From: Candidatus Bathyarchaeota archaeon
GTDB taxonomy: Archaea > Thermoproteota > Bathyarchaeia > Bathyarchaeales > Bathycorpusculaceae
Length of the DNA: 64,000 bases
Direction of reading: 5' to 3'
Assembly: GCA_963702095.1 (NCBI GenBank)
Contig: OY969706.1
Span: 1,760,001-1,824,000, forward strand
Within the stretch, counting starts at the first letter, position 1. The number at the start of each line of letters is the position of its first letter. The notes under the pieces are model-generated. The model was not told the origin of the DNA. It saw nothing but the letters and a program-made list of their open reading frames with translations, and made no database searches. Below, piece after piece: positions 50,588 through 59,093 of the stretch. The translations under genes were made by a program, and so were the position numbers.

Positions 50588-50683
50588 ACTTGACCAAGTT
50601 CAAAGGTGATAGACTTTTCAATAAAAACTTATTCGTCAAGGTTCCTTGACTAAACTTGGCTAAGTTTAGACCAAAAAACTGTT

Positions 50684-50761
50684 TGGTGGACGAGGCGGGA
50701 TTTGAACCCGCGGCCTCTGCAATGCCAATGCAGCGTTCATACCAAGCTGGACTACTCGCCC
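50684..50761 (-). tRNA. tRNA-Ala(GGC), CCA encoded
   Basis: Acceptor stem GGGCGAG/CTCGTCC with G3:U70; anticodon arm CTGCA-TTGGCAT-TGCAG; T-arm GCGGG-TTCAAAT-CCCGC. Confidence 0.95.
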
Positions 50762-50963
50762 ACTTTTTTGCCTGGCTTCTGAGATTTACTCCATCTCGTT
50801 TAATAAGCATTTCTTTATGCAGCGGCTGAAGCATCCACAGAAGCCACGAATGTGCTTCAAAACTGTCGGTTGAGCATTGAAAACTTGGTTTTTTGACGGT
50901 GACACTAAAATAGGATGTTTCCCCATGAAATAGTATCTTCGTTTATTCCGTTTTATAGGTAAA

Positions 50964-51479
50964 TTGGGAGATGATTTGTTGAGAGTAGAAATCGTTCGTG
51001 CTGTAACCAAACCAATCTGCTCCTTTAGGGAGCATTTCAAGAATTTCGAGGACATTGATGCCGTGCAAAAAATATTCGGCGGCAAAACACAACATGTAAT
51101 CGAGAACTTGGAAGTTGAATTCACCGATAACACACTCTACATGAGCGTCGACTACGACGGACGCTTACAAGTCAACCCCAACTACTTAGCAACCGGCAAC
51201 TTCGCCGACTTATACCTTGACATCATCCATGAACTTGTCCATGTACGGCAGGTGCTAAACGGCAAGAACTGCAACCATGCATTGCCCTATGTGGAGCGTC
51301 CCCTCGAAATTGAGGCTTACCGAACTGCAGTTGACGAAGCCAGAGCGTTAGGGTGGGATGAGAGCCGAATACTATGCTACTTGGATTCTGATTTGATTAA
51401 CGCTGAAGAATTCCGCAAGCTGGCGGCGGCGTTGGAACTCACCGTGGAAGAGGAGCCGCTAAGAGAAGAGAACGATTAA
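50964..51479 (+). CDS. Hypothetical zincin-like protein
   Basis: IHELVHVRQ (HExxH) and downstream EIEAY. Confidence 0.7.
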   Translation: MGDDLLRVEIVRAVTKPICSFREHFKNFEDIDAVQKIFGGKTQHVIENLEVEFTDNTLYMSVDYDGRLQVNPNYLATGNFADLYLDIIHELVHVRQVLNGKNCNHALPYVERPLEIEAYRTAVDEARALGWDESRILCYLDSDLINAEEFRKLAAALELTVEEEPLREEND

Positions 51480-51501
51480 TGCTTAAGCTGGTCAGCGTCG
51501 G

Positions 51502-51632
51502 CGTTGCTTGCGGAATCCGCCTCAACCAGCCTGCAACCCAAACCAGACGCAGATGCCAAAACAGGCGCCACAGCCAAACCCACTGGAAGATGATGAGTAA
51601 GGGCGACTCCCTCTTCTTCTTAAACTATAAAA
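51502..51632 (+). repeat. Dispersed element family A, copy A4
   Basis: Near-identical to A3. Confidence 0.92.
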
Positions 51633-51909
51633 TTGTCTCCAAAGGCTCAAAAGGCCAGAGGCAACCCTAAAATCCTGCCTTGGGAGCGCAGAAAACCAGG
51701 ATGTTCTAAGCCAACCAACACCGTAAATGGCATCCCCAGAAAATGGAGACGCAGTCTGCATGTACGAAAGGTTCTTAAGGTATATGGTATTCTTCTACAC
51801 GGCAAGAAATCGGCATATCACTGCCAATTCAGGTAACAACCAGCTTCAATTTTGGAGCAGGTTAGACCAACATAAAAGAATAAATAGTCCGATGAAGAGG
51901 TGAAAAGGT

Positions 51910-52230
51910 ATGGAAAACATTTACGCAGCAATGCTCCTTCACAAGGCAAGTAAAGAAATCAACGAAGAATCCGTAACCAAAGTCCTAAACGCAGCAGGAA
52001 TCACAGTGGACGCAGTTCAAATCAAAGCACTCGTAGCTTCACTAAGCGAAGTAAACATCGATGAAGCAATCAAAGCAGCCCCAACCATGATGGCAGCAGC
52101 ACCAGTTGCAGCACCAGCAGGCGGCGAAGCAAAACCAGCAGCTCCAGTAGAAGACAAGAAGAAGAAAGCTGAAGAGGAAAAAGCCAAAGAAGAAGCAGCA
52201 TTAGAAGGATTAGGCGCCCTATTCGGGTAA
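51910..52230 (+). CDS. rpl12p: Ribosomal stalk protein L12 (aP1)
   Basis: YAAMLLH, Ala-rich hinge and GLGALFG terminus. Confidence 0.96.
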   Translation: MENIYAAMLLHKASKEINEESVTKVLNAAGITVDAVQIKALVASLSEVNIDEAIKAAPTMMAAAPVAAPAGGEAKPAAPVEDKKKKAEEEKAKEEAALEGLGALFG

Positions 52231-52357
52231 ACAAGCCTCACATTTCTTATTTTTAACCATTTTTCCCCAAATTATTTATTCTACTTCTGACTAGCCTTGA
52301 TTTTACCTGAAAATTCTTTGATATTTAGTAAGAGATTGCCGAGGGAAATTCTATTCG

Positions 52358-53503
52358 CTATAATGGAGTTGCCGTTGGCTGAGCAGCCTGCTCTGCAGTT
52401 GTTGCTGGAGCAGGCGGTTTAATCTTGTTTCTTGTGCTAAAGATTTTCCACGCAGCCACAGGCAACCAACCGGTGATGATGCAGACAGTCGCGGGGAAGC
52501 CTTTGATGCCAAAGTAACCGGTTATTTCAGGTAGAAAAGCTTCCCATATACCAAAGGACAATGCAATTGCGGCAGCCGCTATTAAACCGGCGCGTACATC
52601 AAATTTCTTGTAAGTTTGTGTAACCAAGATTCCCGCAAAGAAGAAATCACCTAATCCCAGACCGCGAAGCCCAATTTCACCCGCCTGAGTCAAAACCAAA
52701 GGCAGGTTAGGCAAATAAACCAGTACCGGAAGACCTAGACCGGTGAAGGTTTGGGCTGCAGCCACCATTGGTCCAGTGAAAACTAAGATTACGTCGATTA
52801 TTGGCAGGACGGCGGCGAAGATCCAGGTTGTCTTCCAACTGAACAGGGATGAGAGGTAGAGGATGATGAGGATGGCGAAGGTGAAGGCGAAGACATCCAT
52901 TAATATGGGGAACCAAACGTTGAAGGCGCCATTGTATATTGCTGCGAAAAAGAGAAACAGGAGCACGAACAGGGCTGGCGGCTGAGCAGCGAGGTACCAT
53001 CTCGGCTTTGTGATGCTGTATTTCTGTTCAAACGCCACTGCGGCAAAGCAGAGGCCTGAGAGGACAAAAAACGCTATTGCCCTATAGATTGTGTATTCGT
53101 CGGTGAATGGCGCGGCAAAGCTGGAGAACCCTGCGATTAATGCGCTGACGCCGAAGGCGGTGGAGATGATTTGTGCACGTACCCTAGTCAGGTTGGTGAA
53201 GACATAGGAGAATGTGAAGAGCAGCATGGTGTAGGATGCTAGGAATAAGAGCAGTAGAAGGTTTGGCACTAAGCCGCTTGGGTTAACGGTGGATGTATAG
53301 CCGATAACTACAACCATAATTACGATGAAAGCCGCAAGTGCAAGTATATCGCGTGTCTTGAACTCTTTCTGTTCAACCGTTGCCACCAACTTTTTTTCAA
53401 CACGCATGTTGAGGAACATAGCTACCGTTATCACTATGAAGAGCGCTATGGGCATGGCAAGGTCAAGAGTCGGCATAGGCTTCACAATAACCAAAAGAAA
53501 CAT
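52358..53503 (-). CDS. Presenilin/signal-peptide-peptidase-like GxGD intramembrane protease
   Basis: LGLGDFF motif, upstream Asp (IIDV), FPAT at the PAL position. Confidence 0.75.
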   Translation of the reverse strand: MFLLVIVKPMPTLDLAMPIALFIVITVAMFLNMRVEKKLVATVEQKEFKTRDILALAAFIVIMVVVIGYTSTVNPSGLVPNLLLLLFLASYTMLLFTFSYVFTNLTRVRAQIISTAFGVSALIAGFSSFAAPFTDEYTIYRAIAFFVLSGLCFAAVAFEQKYSITKPRWYLAAQPPALFVLLFLFFAAIYNGAFNVWFPILMDVFAFTFAILIILYLSSLFSWKTTWIFAAVLPIIDVILVFTGPMVAAAQTFTGLGLPVLVYLPNLPLVLTQAGEIGLRGLGLGDFFFAGILVTQTYKKFDVRAGLIAAAAIALSFGIWEAFLPEITGYFGIKGFPATVCIITGWLPVAAWKIFSTRNKIKPPAPATTAEQAAQPTATPL

Positions 53504-53544
53504 TTATTCCTTTAGCCAAAATCCCCAAAACTTAAGCAGAAGGC

Positions 53545-54414
53545 TCAATAGGGGAAATAAACGTTAAAAATGGCTAAAGTAGCCAAAAGCGCCTCTTCAG
53601 TGCGAACGGTAACTGTACCCTGATTGGGAACCGTGTTCACCATAAAATCTGATAGCTCAGACAAATTTAGAGATTCATCTTCGACAATCTCATGGAGTCC
53701 ACGTGAGGGTGCGCCAAAAGCTACCAAAACATGGTTGCTGCCAAGCCATCTCTGGCTGATTTTGTCTAAAACATCGGTAAAGTTGTCGCCGACTCTGGCA
53801 GTAGCAATTTTCAAATCAAAAGCAGAATCCTTCAAAAGCTGCCCAGCGGAGCGTTTTTCAACGTGCACGGTGTAGCCCCAGTACAGCGGCACCTCGTCGC
53901 GGCTAACAGTTTGCACCTCCACATGGTCGCCTATGTTAACCACCTGCACAGTTAACCGCTCGCCGACACGATACTGTGTTTGCCTTAGAAGCGCAGACTG
54001 CTGAACGCCAATGTCTACCAGTAAACCTTCTTTGCCCCCAGACTGCACTAAGCCTTCGCGGTACTCGCCGATTTTAAGATGCTTGGTTTTGCCGCTCAAC
54101 GGGTGATGGGGCGTGCGTAGCGGCGGCAGAATCCCCGCGTATTGCAGGTCAGGCTCCAGTTTGAAGAGTGTTTTTCGGAGGTACTGGGGTGTTTCTATGT
54201 AGTTTAGGAGTAGGGCGATGAGGTCGAGGTCTTGGCGTTGATTGATTTTGGCGTTGTCTGGGTAAACTATGATTTGGTTTACACGGAAAATCGCTGCGGA
54301 CCGGGCGATTAAGCCGATTTTGGCGGTTTTTTCCCGCAGGTGAGGCGTGTCAGAGATAACTGAGGCTGGAATGGCGATTGAGAGCTTAACTTTATTCATG
54401 CTAACTCTATCCAT
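53545..54414 (-). CDS. SPOUT RNA methyltransferase (DUF171/MTH1 family)
   Basis: ETPQYLRK, GILPPLRTPHH and PNQGTVTVRTEEA motifs. Confidence 0.9.
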   Translation of the reverse strand: MDRVSMNKVKLSIAIPASVISDTPHLREKTAKIGLIARSAAIFRVNQIIVYPDNAKINQRQDLDLIALLLNYIETPQYLRKTLFKLEPDLQYAGILPPLRTPHHPLSGKTKHLKIGEYREGLVQSGGKEGLLVDIGVQQSALLRQTQYRVGERLTVQVVNIGDHVEVQTVSRDEVPLYWGYTVHVEKRSAGQLLKDSAFDLKIATARVGDNFTDVLDKISQRWLGSNHVLVAFGAPSRGLHEIVEDESLNLSELSDFMVNTVPNQGTVTVRTEEALLATLAIFNVYFPY

Positions 54415-54489
54415 GCGCTTTTTTGTCTGCGTTGAGCTTAAAAGGCGGGATTGAGATATAAAACTGCGGGTTGTTTGGAGGACACAGAG

Positions 54490-55590
54490 TTGGTTAAACC
54501 CATTTTAGATGATATGGAAAAGATTCTTGCAGTAGATAAAAGCGGAACCATAAACTACTATGTTGATTCGCCCAAGCATTACAGAACGGCACTGGAAATT
54601 GCAAAGGACATCACGGTTAACTATCCCAAACCAGGCAACATCGTCGTGGCTGGTATGGGCGGCTCAGCCATCGGCGGCGACCTACTCAAAGACTGGACAA
54701 AAGACAAACTGCGTGTCCCCATAGAAGTCAACCGAGAATACCAACTACCCCAATACGCCGGCGAAAAAACCCTCGTGGTAGCTTCAAGTTACTCCGGCGA
54801 CACCGAAGAAACCCTCAGTGCCTTCCTAGACGCCCTCAAACGGGGGTGCATGGTGTTCTGCATAACCAGCGGCGGCGCACTACTGGAAGCCGCTAAAAAA
54901 CACAAGGTGCCGCATCTGCAGGTTCCCGGCGGTATGCCTCCACGGGCAGCGTTACCCTACATGTTTGTTCCTACACTTGTCCTCTTGGAGAAGCTTGGTT
55001 TGGTTGAAGGCGTCGAAGACGAGGTAAAAGAAGCTTATTTGCTGCTTGAGAAAATCGTCGAGGAGAATGGACCCCAAAAGCCGGCGGTCGAGAACTTTGC
55101 CAAGAACACCGCATACCACATCGGTGATTCTGCGCCGGCGGTGTATGGTTTTGGCGTTTACCGCAGTGTGGCACAGAGGTTTAAGCAGCAGTTTAATGAG
55201 AACAGTAAATCCGCCGCTAAATGGGAAGTTTTCCCCGAACTTGACCACAACGAAATCGTGGGCTGGTCAGGTAGAGGCGAGCAATGCCGCTTTTTCTCGG
55301 TAATCTTCATCCGCGATAGTGCTGAGCCGGTTGAAATCGAGGCGCGGATTGAAACCACTAAGAGCATTATGGAGCGGGTGGGCTTAATCACGTTTGAACT
55401 TGACACACAGGGCACAAGCCTGCTGGCGAAGATTATATCCACTATAGTTGTAGGTGACTTCCTCAGCGTGTATTTGGCTGTGATGCGTGGAGTCGACCCC
55501 ACACCTGTCCCAACCATAGACTACCTTAAAAACTCGTTAAAAGAGAATGGGTTTAGGGAGAAAGTTGTGGCTGAGCTAGAAAAAGCCTAA
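54490..55590 (+). CDS. Bifunctional phosphoglucose/phosphomannose isomerase
   Basis: GMGGSAIGG, SYSGDTEET, PRAA, NENSK and PELDHNE motifs. Confidence 0.93.
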   Translation: MVKPILDDMEKILAVDKSGTINYYVDSPKHYRTALEIAKDITVNYPKPGNIVVAGMGGSAIGGDLLKDWTKDKLRVPIEVNREYQLPQYAGEKTLVVASSYSGDTEETLSAFLDALKRGCMVFCITSGGALLEAAKKHKVPHLQVPGGMPPRAALPYMFVPTLVLLEKLGLVEGVEDEVKEAYLLLEKIVEENGPQKPAVENFAKNTAYHIGDSAPAVYGFGVYRSVAQRFKQQFNENSKSAAKWEVFPELDHNEIVGWSGRGEQCRFFSVIFIRDSAEPVEIEARIETTKSIMERVGLITFELDTQGTSLLAKIISTIVVGDFLSVYLAVMRGVDPTPVPTIDYLKNSLKENGFREKVVAELEKA

Positions 55591-55637
55591 CAGCCTCTTT
55601 TTCTGAAGTGAACAACTTTTTGTTATTTGCCTTTTTT

Positions 55638-55804
55638 TCTCTTTATGTGAGGTGGCGTTTTGTGGGGTGCTCCAGGACTGTAACTGGTGGCGGCTGCTTT
55701 TTTGGGTTGCAACTGTTTTTGGCGTCTGTTTCGGTGTGGGATATCCGATTTTTTCCACATGCCATACATGGCTCCATGTTGGATTGGCCATGGTGTGGAT
55801 GTGG
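55638..55804 (-). repeat. Dispersed element family B, copy B3
   Basis: Reverse complement aligns with B1 and B2. Confidence 0.9.
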
Positions 55805-56020
55805 AGCAACATACCTCCCAAAAAAACTAGTTCATGTACAAAAAAGTAACACGGAAAAAAGGTAAAACAAACAATAGTTGGTTACTTGTAAATCATGGTG
55901 TTTACAGGTTTAGAATGTTTTTCGGGCGGAGACGGGTATGAGGCTATCGGGCTTGGCTGTTGAGGGTAAGCTCTAGCAACAGGGGCTATATAGCAAAAAG
56001 CATTAAATGAAAAGGGAAAG

Positions 56021-57073
56021 TTAAGCCAAGAATTTTTTGAATTCCGCTTCCACAGTTTCCATTGGCAACATTTTAGGCGGATGCTTAAATCCATAAGCGC
56101 AAACCGCTTCGACTGCGCCCTTCTGCTTCCTTGACAGCGCCAACTTAACAGCTCGGACCACGTCGAGGAGGACGCTGCCCGCGTTGGGGGCATCGATGGT
56201 TTGGAATTTAAGGTCGATTTTAAGCGGTGTATTGCAGAAGTAGACGCCGCTTATGAAAAAGTAGCTATCCCGTTTGTTCTGCAGGAAATCCACATAGTCA
56301 GTGGAGCCTGCCACAACCTCGGTTTTGTATGGAAGCGCAGATGCGACGGATTGGGTTTTGATGTTGCGTTTGGTGTCGCGGGTGCGTTCCATGGTGTCGA
56401 CGGATTCTGTTCCTCCGCCCACGTCAAGCTGGTAGGTTTCGTTGATGTGGACGCCGCTGTCACTTAACAGTTTGAGAAGGGTTTTGTGGAGGGCGGTTGA
56501 GCCGACTTGGTCCACTAAGTCGTCGCCGACAACGGGTAAGTTTGCGTCTTCAAACTGCGCTGCCAATGAGGGTTCGCTTGCAACGAAGTTGGGTGTCGCG
56601 TTTATGAATGCGCAGTTAGCCGCTATGGCTTGTATAGCGTAGAATTGGGTGGCGTTGGTTGCGCCGCTTGGGAGCAGGTTAATGACGATTTCTGCGCCTG
56701 CTTTCATGAGGACTGCCGTGACGTTTGCGTCGGGTGCGGTGCTTAATTCAACGAGTGCTTTTGTTGATTCGCCGATACCGTCGAAGAGTGGACCTTTGGA
56801 GACTTTAACGCCCTGTTCTGGTACATCGGAGACTTTGGGGGCGTTGTTGGGTTTGGCGAAGATGGCTTCGGAGAGGTCGTAGCCGACTTTGCGTGCGTCA
56901 ACGTCGAATGCAGCCACTACCTCGATATTTAGAGGAGTCAAACCCGCCAGTAGGGGGTTGCGTAGTCCAAGGGTGTCTTGGGGGTTGGTTGTTTTGCTGT
57001 AGTATTGGATGCCTTGGATGAATGATGAGGCGCAGTTGCCTACGCCGATTAATGCTACTTTGACTTTGGGCAT
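56021..57073 (-). CDS. Inositol-3-phosphate synthase family protein (divergent)
   Basis: GVGNCASS, AAFDVDARKVG, GDD, DAPN and KHPP motifs. Confidence 0.85.
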   Translation of the reverse strand: MPKVKVALIGVGNCASSFIQGIQYYSKTTNPQDTLGLRNPLLAGLTPLNIEVVAAFDVDARKVGYDLSEAIFAKPNNAPKVSDVPEQGVKVSKGPLFDGIGESTKALVELSTAPDANVTAVLMKAGAEIVINLLPSGATNATQFYAIQAIAANCAFINATPNFVASEPSLAAQFEDANLPVVGDDLVDQVGSTALHKTLLKLLSDSGVHINETYQLDVGGGTESVDTMERTRDTKRNIKTQSVASALPYKTEVVAGSTDYVDFLQNKRDSYFFISGVYFCNTPLKIDLKFQTIDAPNAGSVLLDVVRAVKLALSRKQKGAVEAVCAYGFKHPPKMLPMETVEAEFKKFLA

Positions 57074-57141
57074 ACTTTATGGCACCTTGCTTGGCATGCT
57101 TATGTAGTGTTACCTTATAAAAGCTACGCACCTGCCTGAAC

Positions 57142-57274
57142 TTGTTTTTAGTATTAGAAGAAGGCAGAGACCGCCTTACTCATCATCTTCTCGGGGGCTT
57201 AGTGGACAGCTTCTTTTTTGGTTCCGCGTCAGGTTTGGATTGACAGCTGGTTGTGGCGAATTCCGCAAGCAGAT
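57142..57274 (-). repeat. Dispersed element family A, copy A5
   Basis: Ungapped 99-nt core ending GAAGATGATGAGTAA. Confidence 0.88.
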
Positions 57275-57389
57275 GCATGTCGGTTGAAGCGGGGACTTCA
57301 CGTCTCCGATTAAGAAAACCTCTGTGTATTCAATAACGCTTATCTTTATGGTGTTCTTCAACAATGCGGATAACTAGGGTAAGATTAAC

Positions 57390-58349
57390 ATGGGAAACAT
57401 TACCGTCGCCGTTTTAGGCGCATTGGACTACAGTAGCGGCATAGGCAAAAAAGGCACCTCTACAGACATCACACTTTTTGACCTCAAAAAAGGCGAAACC
57501 ACCATTACAATGATTGAGCCCACACGTTACCCTGAACGGTTGGCACCCCTGTTCTATGCATGCGCATTAGCCACCAAAGCACTGGTCGTAGTAGACGAGT
57601 TATCCGCGACCTTGGGCGAGCAATTGGTTATGCTGCAATGCAGCGGCATCCAAAGCGGCTACTTCGTACTCCGCAACTACATCCCCAAAGAAAAAATCGC
57701 ACCCCTAATCAAAGGCACACCACTCGAAAACTTTGAGTTCCTCCCAGACGACCCTAACTTGATACGGGAGAAGCTGCTGGCTGAGGCTGCACAGGTTAAA
57801 CCAGTCGGTGACGCACAAGTGGGAACGGTGCCGGTGGACCATGCTTTCAACGTTAAAGGCGTCGGCGTCGTCATATTGGGCATAGTCGTCTACGGTTCAG
57901 TCCAGAAACACGCTATCCTCAAAGTGCTTCCCGGCTCCAAAACTGCTCAGGTGCGCTCCATACAGAAGCATGACGACGAATTCGAAGACGCCTCTATTGG
58001 CGACCGCGTCGGATTCGCTCTTAAAAACGTTGAAGTTGAAGACCTGGACCGCGGCGCAGTCTTAACCAATGACCCAGCCGTCAAAACAGAAAACAAACTC
58101 CAAACCACCGCTGAGCTGGTCAAGTACTGGCAGACCCCCATCAAAGCAGGCATGGTGATGCATGTTGGCCACTGGGCTCAGTTCGTAACCGCCAAGGTGG
58201 AAGCGGCGTCTGAGGGCGGCGACTTAAGAAAACCCACTTTGACGCTGGCGTTGGATAAGCCGTTGGTTTACCGTGCAGGCGACAGAGCGATTTTGATGTA
58301 TCTTGAGGGTACCAAGCTGCGGGTGGCTGGAACACTTGAGCTACCCTAA
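57390..58349 (+). CDS. Archaeal SelB-like protein with degenerate G domain
   Basis: GKKGTSTDIT, VDHAFNVKGVG, VRSIQKHD and DRVG (EF-Tu domain II); no canonical P-loop. Confidence 0.82.
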   Translation: MGNITVAVLGALDYSSGIGKKGTSTDITLFDLKKGETTITMIEPTRYPERLAPLFYACALATKALVVVDELSATLGEQLVMLQCSGIQSGYFVLRNYIPKEKIAPLIKGTPLENFEFLPDDPNLIREKLLAEAAQVKPVGDAQVGTVPVDHAFNVKGVGVVILGIVVYGSVQKHAILKVLPGSKTAQVRSIQKHDDEFEDASIGDRVGFALKNVEVEDLDRGAVLTNDPAVKTENKLQTTAELVKYWQTPIKAGMVMHVGHWAQFVTAKVEAASEGGDLRKPTLTLALDKPLVYRAGDRAILMYLEGTKLRVAGTLELP

Positions 58350-58396
58350 AGTAGCTGCCTGAGTTCATTGTTGATTCTGGATAAACAAGGTTTATT

Positions 58397-58980
58397 ATGC
58401 TTCACGTTAGGCTCAAATCAGTGGGTCCTCTGAAGGCAAGAAACCGCGACGGCATACGTGCCAATGTACATTTGCCGAAACCTAACATAGGCTTCACAGG
58501 CGCATTGGAAAATAAACTGCCTTTTCTGGTTGCTTTCTCAGTGGTTTACGGCTTGGTCTTCATAAACTACATTGACATTGCGTCGTCAGGGTTAAACTAC
58601 GGCTACCACATGTGGCTGGTCGTTATGTATTTTTTGCCGTTTGCGGGGTTTTCGATGCTTAACATGAGAAACTGGAGCCTCACGCTGGGCTTAGGATTGG
58701 TTGCTTCGCTTATGAACGATGTCTTCTATGGCGCCGTCAAGTACCTTGCCGGTATCCCATGGGATTTGGCCGCTACTACAGCTTATGGTTGATACCGCAG
58801 GGTAATCACCTATTCAACTTGAACTTGGGCTCCACCATAATCCCAGTGTACTCTTGGATGATGGCGACTTCGATTTATCTGCGGATAGCGGCGGTTGTGG
58901 GTTTGCTTTGGGTTTGGCGGCGAAGCCAGAGGCAGCAAGTGGATAAGCAGACGGCGCGGTTTCCGCATTGGAGCTCTTAA
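58397..58980 (+). CDS. Membrane hypothetical protein (frameshift near 58765)
   Basis: Two overlapping hydrophobic ORFs join at ..PWD/GRYYSLW. Confidence 0.65.
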
Positions 58981-59093
58981 ACTTCGGCGCAAGAATAGTG
59001 GTTGTATCTTTGTTGTAGCATTGACTTTTATATCCCGCTACTCCTAGTTTGCTTGATATTTTTAAAAAAGAATAAAATGGAGAATGAATTGTT

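Noticed and set aside
46533-50761. Integrated island at tRNA-Ala
   Set aside because: No integrase gene, and I found no duplicate of the tRNA 3' end in the window.
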